Part shown: positions 47,708-57,332 of the stretch, piece after piece
How the letters are laid out: every line of letters begins with the position of its first letter
Numbering within the stretch: position 1 is the first letter of the stretch
Assembly: GCA_012517255.1 (NCBI GenBank)
Contig: JAAYVH010000138.1
Coordinates: forward strand, 54 to 64,053
Direction of reading: 5' to 3'
Length of the DNA: 64,000 bases
Origin: Chthonomonadales bacterium
Lineage (GTDB): Bacteria > Armatimonadota > Chthonomonadetes > Chthonomonadales > CAJBBX01
Position numbers and translations under genes: made by a program
The notes under the pieces: generated by a model
What the model was told of the DNA's origin: nothing
What the model saw: the letters and a program-made list of their open reading frames with translations, nothing else
Database searches by the model: none

Positions 47708-48694
47708 ATGATCCCGAGACGCTATGTGTGTTGCCGCACGCCCGAGCCGCCTGATATCAACGGCAGGCTCGACCAGCCCATGTGGCAGCGGGCGGCCTGG
47801 ACCGAGGACTTCGTGGACATCGAAGGGAGCGCGCGTCCCGCGCCCCGCTTCCGAACCCGTGCGAAGCTCCTGTGGGACGACGCATGCCTCTATGTTGGAG
47901 CTGAGATCGAGGAGCCGCATGTGTGGGCGACGCTGACGGAACACGACTCGGTCATCTTTCACGACCCTGACTTCGAAGTGTTCATAGACCCCGACGGCGA
48001 CAACCACAGCTACTTCGAGATCGAGATCAACGCACTGAACACCGAGTGGGACTTGAGGCTCGTCAAACCCTACCGCGACGGCGGCCCTGCGCTGAACGAA
48101 TGGGAGATTCCGGGGCTGAGGACCGCGGTCCATGTGGATGGCACGATCAACGACCCGCGCGACACGGATCGCGGATGGTCGGTCGCCCTGGCCTTTCCGT
48201 GGACCGCCTTTGCTGAGCATGCCGGATGCCGATGCCCGCCCGTTTCAGGCGACACCTGGCGCATCAACTTTTCACGCGTCGAATGGGAAGTGGCGGTCGT
48301 GGATGGCCGATACGTGAAGACGCCGGGCAAGCCCGAGGATAACTGGGTCTGGTCGCCCCAGGGCGCCGTCGACATGCACCGACCGGAAACATGGGGCTAC
48401 GTCCAGTTCACGGACGCCGAGCCGGATCGCGCCGAGTTTCGCCCCGATCCCGCTGAGCCCGTGCGCATGTGGCTCATGGCCGTCTACCACGCTCAGCGCG
48501 CCCATCATGACCGCCATGGGCGCTGGTCGGCCAGCATCGAGGCGCTCGGACTTCCGGCGCCGCCCACCGATGCGACCGCCCGCAGCGCCCGCCTCGCTCT
48601 CTCGCCCGACGGCTGGACCGCATCAGTGGATACCGGTCAGGAAACCTGGTCCGTGCGGCAGGACTCGCGCCTGTGGCGTGAGCCGAGCCTGTGA
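47708..48694 (+). CDS. CBM9-like (carbohydrate-binding family 9/DOMON-like) protein
   Basis: INGRLDQPMWQRAAWTEDFVDIEG...TRAKLLWDDACLYVGAEIEEPHVWA...YFEIEINALNTEWDL...WRINFSRVEW. Start at ATG 47708 (GGAGG 10 nt upstream) or ATG 47636. The track start at 46925 is a run-on through the antisense of the sunset gene. Confidence 0.75.
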   Translation: MIPRRYVCCRTPEPPDINGRLDQPMWQRAAWTEDFVDIEGSARPAPRFRTRAKLLWDDACLYVGAEIEEPHVWATLTEHDSVIFHDPDFEVFIDPDGDNHSYFEIEINALNTEWDLRLVKPYRDGGPALNEWEIPGLRTAVHVDGTINDPRDTDRGWSVALAFPWTAFAEHAGCRCPPVSGDTWRINFSRVEWEVAVVDGRYVKTPGKPEDNWVWSPQGAVDMHRPETWGYVQFTDAEPDRAEFRPDPAEPVRMWLMAVYHAQRAHHDRHGRWSASIEALGLPAPPTDATARSARLALSPDGWTASVDTGQETWSVRQDSRLWREPSL

Positions 48695-48752
48695 TCAGGC
48701 GGCCCGCCTCTGGCACGATAGCCGCGATGCGTGCCCGCTAGCGGAACAGCGC

Positions 48753-51700
48753 CTACTCGGCCACTTTGATCCGGCCGGTGGCCGGCAGGAGGTTGGAGCG
48801 GTCGTTGCGGCGGCCATCGAGGACATACCAGCCTGTCGGGTCGCTGGGGCGGAAACGGTAACGCAGGATGCCCTGTGCGTCGGTGCGGCGCACGTCATTG
48901 CCAATGCTGAGGGTCACTCCGCCCACCGGTACGCTCGTTACGTTGACTGGCACGACGGTGATCGCGCCGATGAGGTGGGTTCCGCCCCACGCGTCGAGCC
49001 TGATGTCGGCCCCTCCGTTCATCGCTCCGCGCAACCGCGCGTCCGGCAGCAGCAGCTCGGCGGTGCGCCACGTCCCCGTTCCCCGTTTGGGGACCCAGGC
49101 GCTCGCCTTGTAGTCGGCGTTGAACTCGCCGAACCGATAGGGCATGGCCAGCGCGTCGGAGGAGTTGTACTGCAGCCGAAAGGCTCCGGGCACGTCATCG
49201 AAGTACAGGAGCATGACCTTGAGCACGCCATCGCAGCGTCCGGCCGCGTCCTTGCTGACGCGGAAGTACAGATAGGACGACTCGGGCACGCCTATCTTCC
49301 AGCAGGCAACGCCCCTGTGCTGGACGACGGAGAAGTCGCCGTCAGAGAAACGAACGGGCTCGATACCCATGGCCTCGCCGGGTTTGCCCTGCAGCCATGT
49401 GCCCTCGCCGCCGAGACGCTCTTCCACTGTCCTGAAGACGACCTCCTGGCCGCGCGGGATCGTGGACGGCGCAATGATGGTGAGCCTTCGGATCGGCTCG
49501 GCGCTGAGCACAAGCGCGCCGAAGCTCGAGACGGTGTCGTCTTCTTCACAGTAGGCCTGTTCGCGGCTGAACGGGCTGGTCTGACCCATTTCGGGCAGAT
49601 GCGCCACGAGCCATCCATCGGCGTCGCGCGTTAGCTGGACCGGACGCGAATGGCCGCTCCATTCGCCGGGGTACCACATGGCATACGGCATTCCGGCGAA
49701 GCCGTAGAGCCTGCCATCCACCTTCACCGTGACGACCGCGGGCTTGCGGCTCAGAGAAACGATCGGCACAACCACGGTCGGTCCTGAAACGAACGGGCAT
49801 GTGCGGCGATCCACTTCGAGCACGCTTGCCAGGACTCCCTCGGGCGCGCGCACCCCCTCCGCACCCCGATAGAGCGTGTACCAGTAGAGCCCCTTCAGGG
49901 CGCTCAGCAGTCTTCCGACGGCCTCGACCTTGCGGCCATACTCGCCGGCTCCGGCGCCGAGGCGTGAACGGGCCAGAAACGCAAGCTCGACGGAACGCCG
50001 GGCGCGCACGATGGCTGGCCCGGACGTGCCCGGAAGGCTGGGATAGTCGCCGCTGAAGATGCGGTCGGGGAACGTCGTCGCGATCATCTCGGGGAAGCCG
50101 AACGGCATCCACATGTCGTAGCCGGCGTGCCCCATGTGCAGATGCTGAGCGGCCACGTCCGATGCGCCCTCGTACCAGATGTAGAAGTCGCGCGGCACCG
50201 CGAACTTAGGATCGCGGAAGATGCGCCGGCTCAGCTCCAGTATGCCCTGAGCGCCTGCGCCCGCATGGGCATGCCCGTGGGACCAGTCGGTGCAGTATTG
50301 CTGGGGGAAGGCCCCGAGCTGATCCCACTGCACGCCGCTGAAACCGTAGTCGCGCGCGTACTTGCGCGTCCACCAGAGGACATAGTCCTGCCAGCGGCGG
50401 CTCGCCAGACACGTCTGCGCCATGTTGCCGAAGTAGTGCTGCTCTACGTAGCCATAGGCGCCATCGAGCTTGCGGGCCACATCTGCCCGGTGGCGCTCCC
50501 ACAGGGGTCGGAGCGCGTCCTTCTCGGGAGGAGCGAGAGCAAGACGCCGCTGCAACTCCGGATCGTCGGCGTGCCGTACCTGCGGAAACCCCTCCCATGT
50601 GTAGATCGGGTTGATGTAGGGCACCACACGCCCGCCGCGGCGGCGTATCCGCTGCATGACCTGCCGGAGCTCCTGTTCTGTGCCCAGCGTGGGATCGGGC
50701 CACCACCACCCGAAGTCGTGTCCCATGAACTCCTGACCGGCCAGACCTATCGTGGGCGTATGCAGGGCCAACGCCTCATCCATGAGCCGGCGCTCAACGT
50801 CCGCCCATCGGTACTGGGCCTTCAGGGACGGGCGCTCCATGCCCATGCTCCAGATCATCGCCTGCCAGCGCCAGTCGGGCATCTCCCGCGCCCATGCCGG
50901 CACGTTCGGACGCGCCATGAACCTCTCGGCCCAGGTCCGATAGACTCGGGCCCCCCATCGCCAATCGCCCTGATGGATGCCGATGACAGCATCCAGAGCG
51001 AGCCGTTGATGCCGGGTGATCCGAACATACTTGCCGATTGCCATACCGATGCCCGTCGCGGGGGTCGTCTCGAGGAAACCGCCGATGAGCGATCGGTCTT
51101 CGGAGGCCATGTACAGCCCGCCTGTGGCATCGTGCAGGTCCATCCAGAACATGCCCGCGCTGCCGGGGTAGATGAGGCGCGGCTGATTCCACCATCCCTG
51201 ATATGTCAGGCCGTCCACGATCTCGCCGGGCTTGCGTTCGAGGTTGCGCGCCGGATCCGGAATGCGCTGGCCGTAGCGGTTGGGCCTGACGAGAACGTCG
51301 TCGGAACCGTCGTTGCCGATGCGGACCTGTTCCAGCGCGGGGAAGATCACCTCGGCGATGTCGTCGGCGCCCGTGTTGCGGATCTCGACGCGCCACCGTG
51401 TCGCCGCGCCCTCGCGGGGAATGGTTACGGCTACCGCCGCCGACGTTTCTGCGCCGGCATACCGGACCCGAATGCTCCGGGCAGACGAGCGAACCTGGAG
51501 GCACCGCAGGCTCTCTTCCACGAGTGAGCCGTCCCTGTTGCGAAACACTCGCAGGGGAATGCTCCCTTCGCCGTGGATGCACTCCGTTGCCGTGGCCAGA
51601 TTGCGCAACGACCGAACGCGGCCGCGCCCGTCGAACGTCACGCGCACGGCAGCATTCCCGGCATGATGCCGCCCCTCGTCGCCGCTGCCAGCCGGGCTGA

Positions 51701-51755
51701 GCGCTACCAGGCACCCAAGGAGCCATATGGCGAGCCAACCGATCGAACGTTCCAT
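48753..51755 (-). CDS. Large secreted protein (1000 aa), glycoside-hydrolase-like central TIM-barrel region with C-terminal beta-sandwich domains
   Basis: Signal peptide MERSIGWLAIWLLGCLVALSPAGS. The central segment GLAGQEFMGHDFGWWWPDP...VPYINPIYTW...GVQWDQLGAFPQQYCTDWSHGH resembles DUF6259-type putative hydrolases, recalled by eye only. Confidence 0.55.
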   Translation of the reverse strand: MERSIGWLAIWLLGCLVALSPAGSGDEGRHHAGNAAVRVTFDGRGRVRSLRNLATATECIHGEGSIPLRVFRNRDGSLVEESLRCLQVRSSARSIRVRYAGAETSAAVAVTIPREGAATRWRVEIRNTGADDIAEVIFPALEQVRIGNDGSDDVLVRPNRYGQRIPDPARNLERKPGEIVDGLTYQGWWNQPRLIYPGSAGMFWMDLHDATGGLYMASEDRSLIGGFLETTPATGIGMAIGKYVRITRHQRLALDAVIGIHQGDWRWGARVYRTWAERFMARPNVPAWAREMPDWRWQAMIWSMGMERPSLKAQYRWADVERRLMDEALALHTPTIGLAGQEFMGHDFGWWWPDPTLGTEQELRQVMQRIRRRGGRVVPYINPIYTWEGFPQVRHADDPELQRRLALAPPEKDALRPLWERHRADVARKLDGAYGYVEQHYFGNMAQTCLASRRWQDYVLWWTRKYARDYGFSGVQWDQLGAFPQQYCTDWSHGHAHAGAGAQGILELSRRIFRDPKFAVPRDFYIWYEGASDVAAQHLHMGHAGYDMWMPFGFPEMIATTFPDRIFSGDYPSLPGTSGPAIVRARRSVELAFLARSRLGAGAGEYGRKVEAVGRLLSALKGLYWYTLYRGAEGVRAPEGVLASVLEVDRRTCPFVSGPTVVVPIVSLSRKPAVVTVKVDGRLYGFAGMPYAMWYPGEWSGHSRPVQLTRDADGWLVAHLPEMGQTSPFSREQAYCEEDDTVSSFGALVLSAEPIRRLTIIAPSTIPRGQEVVFRTVEERLGGEGTWLQGKPGEAMGIEPVRFSDGDFSVVQHRGVACWKIGVPESSYLYFRVSKDAAGRCDGVLKVMLLYFDDVPGAFRLQYNSSDALAMPYRFGEFNADYKASAWVPKRGTGTWRTAELLLPDARLRGAMNGGADIRLDAWGGTHLIGAITVVPVNVTSVPVGGVTLSIGNDVRRTDAQGILRYRFRPSDPTGWYVLDGRRNDRSNLLPATGRIKVAE

Positions 51756-51825
51756 GCCATTCGGTTAGGCACGAACCGGCGAGTCTCCTGCAGCTCCGCC
51801 GGCGCACCCGCAGAGGAACCTGCTC

Positions 51826-52494
51826 GTGGGCGCGGAGCGTACAGTCATCAGGCGCCATGCGGCGCCGCGATCATCCGTGACACAGACCCCCGAGAAAGTC
51901 CCGCTATCTGCCACCTTGCGCGCCGCTCTCGACAGCGACGGAGACGGTCATGTAACCGTCGGCGAGATCATGGATCGGGTGGCCGAACGGGGCTTCGGCC
52001 TGCTGCTGTTCGTGGTCGCCATTCCGACCCTCATCCCCGTACTGCCGCCCGGAGCGTCGGGCGTCGTCGGGATGCTCTACATCGCGCTGGGGTTTCAGCT
52101 CGTTGCGGGGCTCCGCTATCCGTGGCTGCCCCGACGAGTCCGCGGCCATCGCCTCTCGCCGAAGGTAGTCGGGGCCATACGCCGGCGGGGCGTTCATCTC
52201 ATGGAACGAATCGAGAAGGTGTCCCGGCCCCGCTGGCTGTTCCTCGAGAACGCCGTGGCCTTGCGGCTGCTGGCGCTGCTGATCATCGCCAACGGACTCA
52301 TCCTGTTCCTGCCTCTGCCCTTCATGAACACGCTCCCGGCGCTAGGGATCATGGCCATCGGCGTCGGTTTGCTCAATCGAGACGGCGCGTTTCTGCTGCT
52401 GGGCGGCGCCGTTGGTGTGGGAACCATCAGCATCGTCGCTACGAGCGCGCACCTGCTCATCAAGCTGCAGGCGTGGATTCGAGGGCTGTTCTGA
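51826..52494 (+). CDS. exoD: Exopolysaccharide synthesis protein ExoD family
   Basis: VTVGEIMDRVAERGFGLLLFVVAIPTLIPVLPPGASGVVGMLYIALGFQLVAG...PWLPRRV...LPLPFMNTLPALGIMAIGVGLLNRDG matches PF06055 architecture. GTG start. Confidence 0.8.
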   Translation: MGAERTVIRRHAAPRSSVTQTPEKVPLSATLRAALDSDGDGHVTVGEIMDRVAERGFGLLLFVVAIPTLIPVLPPGASGVVGMLYIALGFQLVAGLRYPWLPRRVRGHRLSPKVVGAIRRRGVHLMERIEKVSRPRWLFLENAVALRLLALLIIANGLILFLPLPFMNTLPALGIMAIGVGLLNRDGAFLLLGGAVGVGTISIVATSAHLLIKLQAWIRGLF

Positions 52495-52553
52495 GGGGCA
52501 GCCCGCTGCATGAGCGCGAGACCCACGGATCCGGCCGTCTGCGGCTTGGGCCC

Positions 52554-52766
52554 CTACAGCTCAGCGTCTGGCTTCCGGCCACGCGGCGCGCCGCGCTGAC
52601 TGTACCGTTCCTTGGCCAGCGCGATGGGGCAAGAGTCGTGGGAGCCGCACTTCTCCGAGCAGTCGGCGCAGCCCCCATCGCCTGGCGCCACCTCGTGCCG
52701 GACGTGGCGCGCTACCGCCATCGTCGCGAAGACGACGACAAGACCGACGATGAGGGCTTCGAGCAT
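52554..52766 (-). CDS. FeoB-associated Cys-rich small membrane protein
   Basis: 70 aa with an N-terminal TM (MLEALIVGLVVVFATMAVA), then GGCADCSEKCGSHDSC. AGGAGGAG RBS. It lies 27 nt downstream of feoB. Confidence 0.55.
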   Translation of the reverse strand: MLEALIVGLVVVFATMAVARHVRHEVAPGDGGCADCSEKCGSHDSCPIALAKERYSQRGAPRGRKPDAEL

Positions 52767-52793
52767 GTCTCTCCTCCTGTCCGCGCGGTAACT

Positions 52794-54821
52794 CTATCCC
52801 AGACCCAACAGGCGCCCGCCCTGATACACCACGAAGGCCGCCAGCCACGCGAGCGCCGTGAGATAGCCCAGCGCAAGCGCGGCCCACTTCCATGACCCCG
52901 ACTCGCGTCGAATCGCCGCGATGGTTGCCAGACACGGCGAATAGATCAGCACAAACACCATAAAGGCGTAGCCGCCCAGCGGAGTGAGCGAGCTCGAGGC
53001 GATGGCGCGCCCGAGAGCCGCGGTGTCGGCCTCCGAGCCGAGTCCGTACAGAACGCCTAAGGTCGAGACGACAATCTCCTTGGCCACGAAGCCCGAGATT
53101 AGAGCGACTGCCTCGTTGCTTCCCAGCCCCAGCGGCCGGATTGCCGGCTCGGTCCACCGCCCGAGCCGTCCCGCGTAGGACTCCGGGCCGCCCATCTCGA
53201 CGCCCCACGGAAACGCGCTCAGGAACCACATGAGCACAGCTCCGGCGAGAATGACCGTGCCCGCCTTCTGGAGGAACAGTCTGCCACGCTCCCACGTGTG
53301 GATGATCACTCCGCGCGCAGTGGGCCGATGATAGGGCGGGAGCTCGAGCACAAACGGATCCTCCTCGCCTCGCATCACATAGCGACGCAACACGCGCGCG
53401 ACGATTGCCGCCAGCATCACGCCAAGAACGTACATCGAAGCGATGGCCAGCCCTGCATAGACGCCGAAGAGCGATCCTGCGATGAGCGCGTAGACGGGCA
53501 GGCGCGCGCTGCATGTCATCAGGGGAGCCACCAGCATGGTAACGAGGCGATCGCGAGGCGACTCGAGCGTCCGAGTGGCCAGGATCGCGGGCACGTTGCA
53601 GCCGAAGCCCATCACCATCGGGATGAACGCCTTGCCGTGCAGACGCATGCGGTGCATCGTGCGGTCCATGAGAAACGCGGCACGCGCCATGTAGCCGCTG
53701 TCTTCGAGGAAGGCGATGACGGCAAACAGGATGAAGATCTGCGGCAAGAAGACCATAACCCCGCCCACGCCGCCGATGACGCCGTCCACGATGAGCGAGC
53801 GCAGCATCCCGTCGGGCATGGACTGAGCGATGCGCGCGCCGAGGGCCGTCGCGCCCGCCTCGATCCACGCGCTGGGATAGTCGCCGATGCTGAAGGTGAG
53901 GTGGAAGGTCGCAGCGACCGCCGCAAGCAGTATGGGCATGCCCCAGATACGATGGAGCAGCACGCGGTCAATGCGGTCGGAGGGACTTTCCCGCCCGTCC
54001 CTGGGAAACGCCACAGCCTTGCGCACGATGCCCGCAATGGCTCCATAGCGCCCATTGATGACGGCGGCTTCGGCAGTGTCGCCCGTAACCTCCTCGAGAT
54101 GCCGGGCAGCGCTGCGCGCGGCCGACAGAACGCGCTGGATCCTCGGATCGGCTTCGCGTGTCTCGGGCAGATGGGTGTAATCTCCCATGATGAGCGATAC
54201 CGCCAGCCATGTGTCCGGATGCTGTTCGGACAGTTCAGGGGCATGAGCAAGGCTCTGGCGCACGGCGGCGATCGCTTCATCCACCTGACGGCCATAGGAC
54301 AGGGCGCGCGGGATCGACGGATGATCCAGCATTCGCAGCGCCGTCGTCCATAGCTCTTCGACGCCGCGTCCGACGTTGGCGCATGTCTCGACGATGGGCA
54401 CGCCGAGAAGCTGCGAGAGGGCAGGCACGTTGATGGCGATGCCCTGCGCCTTTGCGATATCGCTCATGTTCAGCGCGATCACCAGCGGTCTGCCTATCTC
54501 GATGAGCTGCAGCACCAGATAGAGATTGCGCTCGAGGTTGGAGGCATCCACGACGGCGATCACCAGGTCGCTGCCGCCGTGCAGCACGAAATCGCGGGCT
54601 ATGCGCTCGTCCGGCGCATGGGCTGTCAGGCTGTAGGTTCCGGGCAGGTCAACGATACGCACCCGACCGGTGTCCGTGGCTCGGAAGCCTTCCTTGCGCT
54701 CGACGGTGACGCCCGGCCAGTTGCCGACGTGCTGATTGGCTCACGTGAGCGCGTTGAACAGGGAGGTCTTGCCCGAGTTCGGGTTGCCGGCGAGGGCTAT
54801 GGTGCGCTCAGCGGCCGGCAC
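52794..54821 (-). pseudogene. feoB: Ferrous iron transporter FeoB interrupted by an in-frame TGA at codon 27 (54741-54743)
   Basis: Reading from the GTG at 54821 (GGGAG 8 nt upstream) gives [44 protein letters not shown]...VRIVDLPGTYSL. The G1 P-loop lies upstream of the stop, and the rest (track ORF 52794-54662) is in the same frame. Homologues read LTG at this position. Confidence 0.8.
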
Positions 54822-55071
54822 CGACTGAGTCTCCCTGGCTGGCGGCCTCCACAGGCGCAACCATGATCCGCGCAGCGAGACCCCGGCCCAGAGCAAGCCG
54901 GGTCTGCCGAACGAGCACAAGCATGGGACCGCGCCGGTTGTTGATCAGACTGCGAACCTCGCTGCCCACCGTGACCCCGAGCCCCGCGAGCCGAACGGCC
55001 AGTGCGCGTCCGCCCTGAATGGCGACGATCCGGAAATCCTTGCCGGTAGGCACTTCAGAGAGAGGCATCAT
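54808..55071 (-). CDS. feoA: FeoA family protein
   Basis: MMPLSEVPTGKDFRIVAIQGGRALAVRLAGLGVTVGSEVRSL...GPMLVLVRQTRLALGRGLAARI. The start overlaps the dtxR-like stop (ATGA), and the 3' end overlaps the feoB start. Confidence 0.85.
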   Translation of the reverse strand: MMPLSEVPTGKDFRIVAIQGGRALAVRLAGLGVTVGSEVRSLINNRRGPMLVLVRQTRLALGRGLAARIMVAPVEAASQGDSVGAGR

Positions 55072-55532
55072 GGCTCCATCGTGACGCCGGCAGTCTGCAC
55101 CTGCTGCCTGAACCTGCGCATGCATCCCGCACCGGCGTTGCCGCATCCTCTGATCGCCGAGGCGAAGTGCCGCAGGCGGTCCAGCGTGACTTCGCTGATG
55201 CCGTGCTCCAGACGGCAGGCATCCTCCTCGGCCGTGTCGGGATCGAGCAGCAGAACTTCCTCGAGGAACGAGCGCAGCTCCTCGTGACGGCGAAGAACCT
55301 CTTCGGCGATGGCCCGTCCCTGATCGGTCAGGACCACGTCCTCATACTTCTCGTGGGCAATCAGGCCCCGTTTGGCGAGCGTCTGAACGGTCGTCGTCGC
55401 CGTTGACGGCGTGACCCCGAGGTGGCCCGCGATGTCTCGCATGCGCACGACCCGCCGATCCCGTGACAGCAGAAAGATCCCCTCGAGGTAGTCCTCCATC
55501 GTTGCCGTCAGGCGCGGGCTTGATTCATCCAT
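55068..55532 (-). CDS. DtxR/MntR family metal-dependent transcriptional regulator
   Basis: MEDYLEGIFLLSRDRRVVRMRDIAGHLGVTPSTATTTVQTLAKRGLIAHEKYEDVVLTDQGRAIAEEVLRRHE. GGAGG RBS. Confidence 0.85.
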   Translation of the reverse strand: MDESSPRLTATMEDYLEGIFLLSRDRRVVRMRDIAGHLGVTPSTATTTVQTLAKRGLIAHEKYEDVVLTDQGRAIAEEVLRRHEELRSFLEEVLLLDPDTAEEDACRLEHGISEVTLDRLRHFASAIRGCGNAGAGCMRRFRQQVQTAGVTMEP

Positions 55533-55559
55533 GGCGATCGGCCTCCGTTTGCTTAACGA

Positions 55560-55611
55560 AGGATACTCGCTGGAGATTACGGAGTCAAGAGAAAAGTTTG
55601 ATTAGTCAAAC
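55560..55611 (-). promoter_or_regulatory. Candidate promoter plus palindromic operator upstream of the dtxR-feoAB operon
   Basis: On the minus strand: GTTTGA-CTAA-TCAAAC palindrome (55596-55611), then TTGACT (55583-55588), a 17-nt spacer and TATCCT (55560-55565). It is an AT-richer patch in GC-rich DNA. Confidence 0.4.
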
Positions 55612-55618
55612 ACCGGCA

Positions 55619-56566
55619 TTATCGCAGGGGAGTCTCGCCGCGCGCCCATGCTGCGCGCATCTTCCGCAGACCTTCGCGCGCGACGTCGAGGGCAGGACGC
55701 TTCCAGTAGTCGGCGTTGAAGACCTCCAGCGACAGCGCTCCCGCGAAACCGGCCTCGGCCAAGTCGCCGGAGATCGTGCTGATGGGGGCGACGCCATCGC
55801 CGGGGAATACCCGATCGGCGTCGCGGATCGCGTCGGGCGAAATGTTGGCAGGGAAGTCATTGACGTGGAACACGTGCATGGCGCGGCCGTTGAGCAGTCG
55901 CAGTCCGGCGAAGCCCGACCCGCCTTTGAAAAGGTGATACACGTCGGCGAGGATGCATGCATGGCGATGGTCGGCTTCGATGGCCACGGCCACGGCATCG
56001 GACAGTCTGCGCAAGGTCCTGGAGAAACCCCATACCTCTAGCTGAGGCACGACTCCCATGGCGCTGCCCAGCTCCAGAATGGCCCGATAGCGCTCGGCCA
56101 TGACGGCGACGGAGAGGCCGGCCACGTCGGTCGCCCCTGCTGGAGGAGCTGCGATGCGCGTGCCGCCGATGCGGGCCACCAGGTCCATGTCCCTCTTGAG
56201 TCGCTCGAGGCCACGGCCACGCCGTTCGGGGTCGTCCACGATCCATTCGGCGAAGCCGATGGCGCTCTCCACTTTCAACGGCACATCGCGCAGCCGCCGT
56301 GCGAGGCCGTCAGGTCCTCCCTGTGCCCGTTCGATCTCCTCGATCCACGGTTCGATGCCATCGTAGCCGGCCTGAACGGCGATATCCAGGATCTCCTCGA
56401 TGGGCAGCTTCTGGCCCCTGATGGTGGCGGTGTTCAGGCAATAGCGGATGCCAGGTGTCATGCTGTGCGCTCCCTCCGACGATCTGCGCTCATTGCCGCT
56501 CAGGAAGGGGACAGACGCCACGAGGGCGGCATGAAGCACGTCTCTCCGTCCCAGACGCGGCGCCAT
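55619..56566 (-). CDS. Sugar phosphate isomerase/epimerase (xylose-isomerase-like TIM barrel) with TAT-like signal
   Basis: MAPRLGRRDVLHAALVASVPFLSG, then IRYCLNTATIRGQKLPIEEILDIAVQAGYDGIEPW...HVFHVNDF. The ATG at 56566 avoids overlap with the upstream gene. Confidence 0.75.
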   Translation of the reverse strand: MAPRLGRRDVLHAALVASVPFLSGNERRSSEGAHSMTPGIRYCLNTATIRGQKLPIEEILDIAVQAGYDGIEPWIEEIERAQGGPDGLARRLRDVPLKVESAIGFAEWIVDDPERRGRGLERLKRDMDLVARIGGTRIAAPPAGATDVAGLSVAVMAERYRAILELGSAMGVVPQLEVWGFSRTLRRLSDAVAVAIEADHRHACILADVYHLFKGGSGFAGLRLLNGRAMHVFHVNDFPANISPDAIRDADRVFPGDGVAPISTISGDLAEAGFAGALSLEVFNADYWKRPALDVAREGLRKMRAAWARGETPLR

Positions 56567-56588
56567 GCCGGATAGCCCGGCGGGAACC

Positions 56589-57332
56589 TCATGGTCCACG
56601 CCAGTCCCTCTCGGCGTCGGCATAGGCCTGCGGCGTTCCGACATCCGACCAGTAGCCGCGGAACTCGACGGCGCGCACGGTATGCCCTTCGGCCAGGAGC
56701 ATGCCTATGGCGCTCGTGATCTCATATTCGCCTCGGTCGGACATCGGCAGACGATCGAGCACAGGCCATATCTCGGGCCCGAATGCCGTCACGCCTGCCT
56801 GATTCCATCGGCTCGTCGGATCACCCGGACCGGGCTTCTCGACGATCCTCACAACGCGGTCCCCTTCTAGAATGACGGCGGCGCCGGCGCTCACATCCTC
56901 CATGGGATTGATCCCCATGACGGCAGCGCACGGCGCCGAGCGGTAGCGCTCGAGCACGTCTCTGTAGTGCGCGTAGTCCGTGAGGATGTCGCTGAACGAC
57001 ATGAGGACCGGACCATCGGCTGCGAACGCTCGGCCGAGACGGAGCGCCGCACCTGTGCCATGGTGCGTATGCTGCCAGACATAACCGATCTGCACGCCAA
57101 GGTCCGAGCCGTCGCCGAGCCGTTGTTCGATCATCTCGCCCCTGTAGCCGATCACGCAGAGGAACCGCTCGATGCCCGCGGCACGCAGCCCGCCAATGAT
57201 CCACTCGATGATGGGGCGTCCGCGAACGGGCAACAACGGCTTGGGCGCGTTCGCCGTCAGGTCTCCCAGCCGTTTGCCTCTTCCGGCGGCTAGCAGCACT
57301 GCGCGCGTGATGGAGCCCGGATCTCCGTTCAT
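56589..57332 (-). CDS. Sugar-phosphate nucleotidyltransferase family protein
   Basis: AVLLAAGRGKRLGDLTANAPKPLLPVRGRPIIEW. The ATG at 57332 overlaps the upstream stop (ATGA). Confidence 0.8.
   Translation of the reverse strand: MNGDPGSITRAVLLAAGRGKRLGDLTANAPKPLLPVRGRPIIEWIIGGLRAAGIERFLCVIGYRGEMIEQRLGDGSDLGVQIGYVWQHTHHGTGAALRLGRAFAADGPVLMSFSDILTDYAHYRDVLERYRSAPCAAVMGINPMEDVSAGAAVILEGDRVVRIVEKPGPGDPTSRWNQAGVTAFGPEIWPVLDRLPMSDRGEYEITSAIGMLLAEGHTVRAVEFRGYWSDVGTPQAYADAERDWRGP

Noticed and set aside
54741-54743. Reading the feoB TGA as a sense codon: UGA=Gly as in genetic code 25, or selenocysteine.
   Set aside because: Other well-supported genes in the window terminate at TGA (for example 23358-23360, 46901-46903 and 5689-5691). 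Known code 25 lineages have low-GC genomes. The position is Gly, not Cys/Sec, in homologues, and I see no SECIS-like hairpin immediately downstream.
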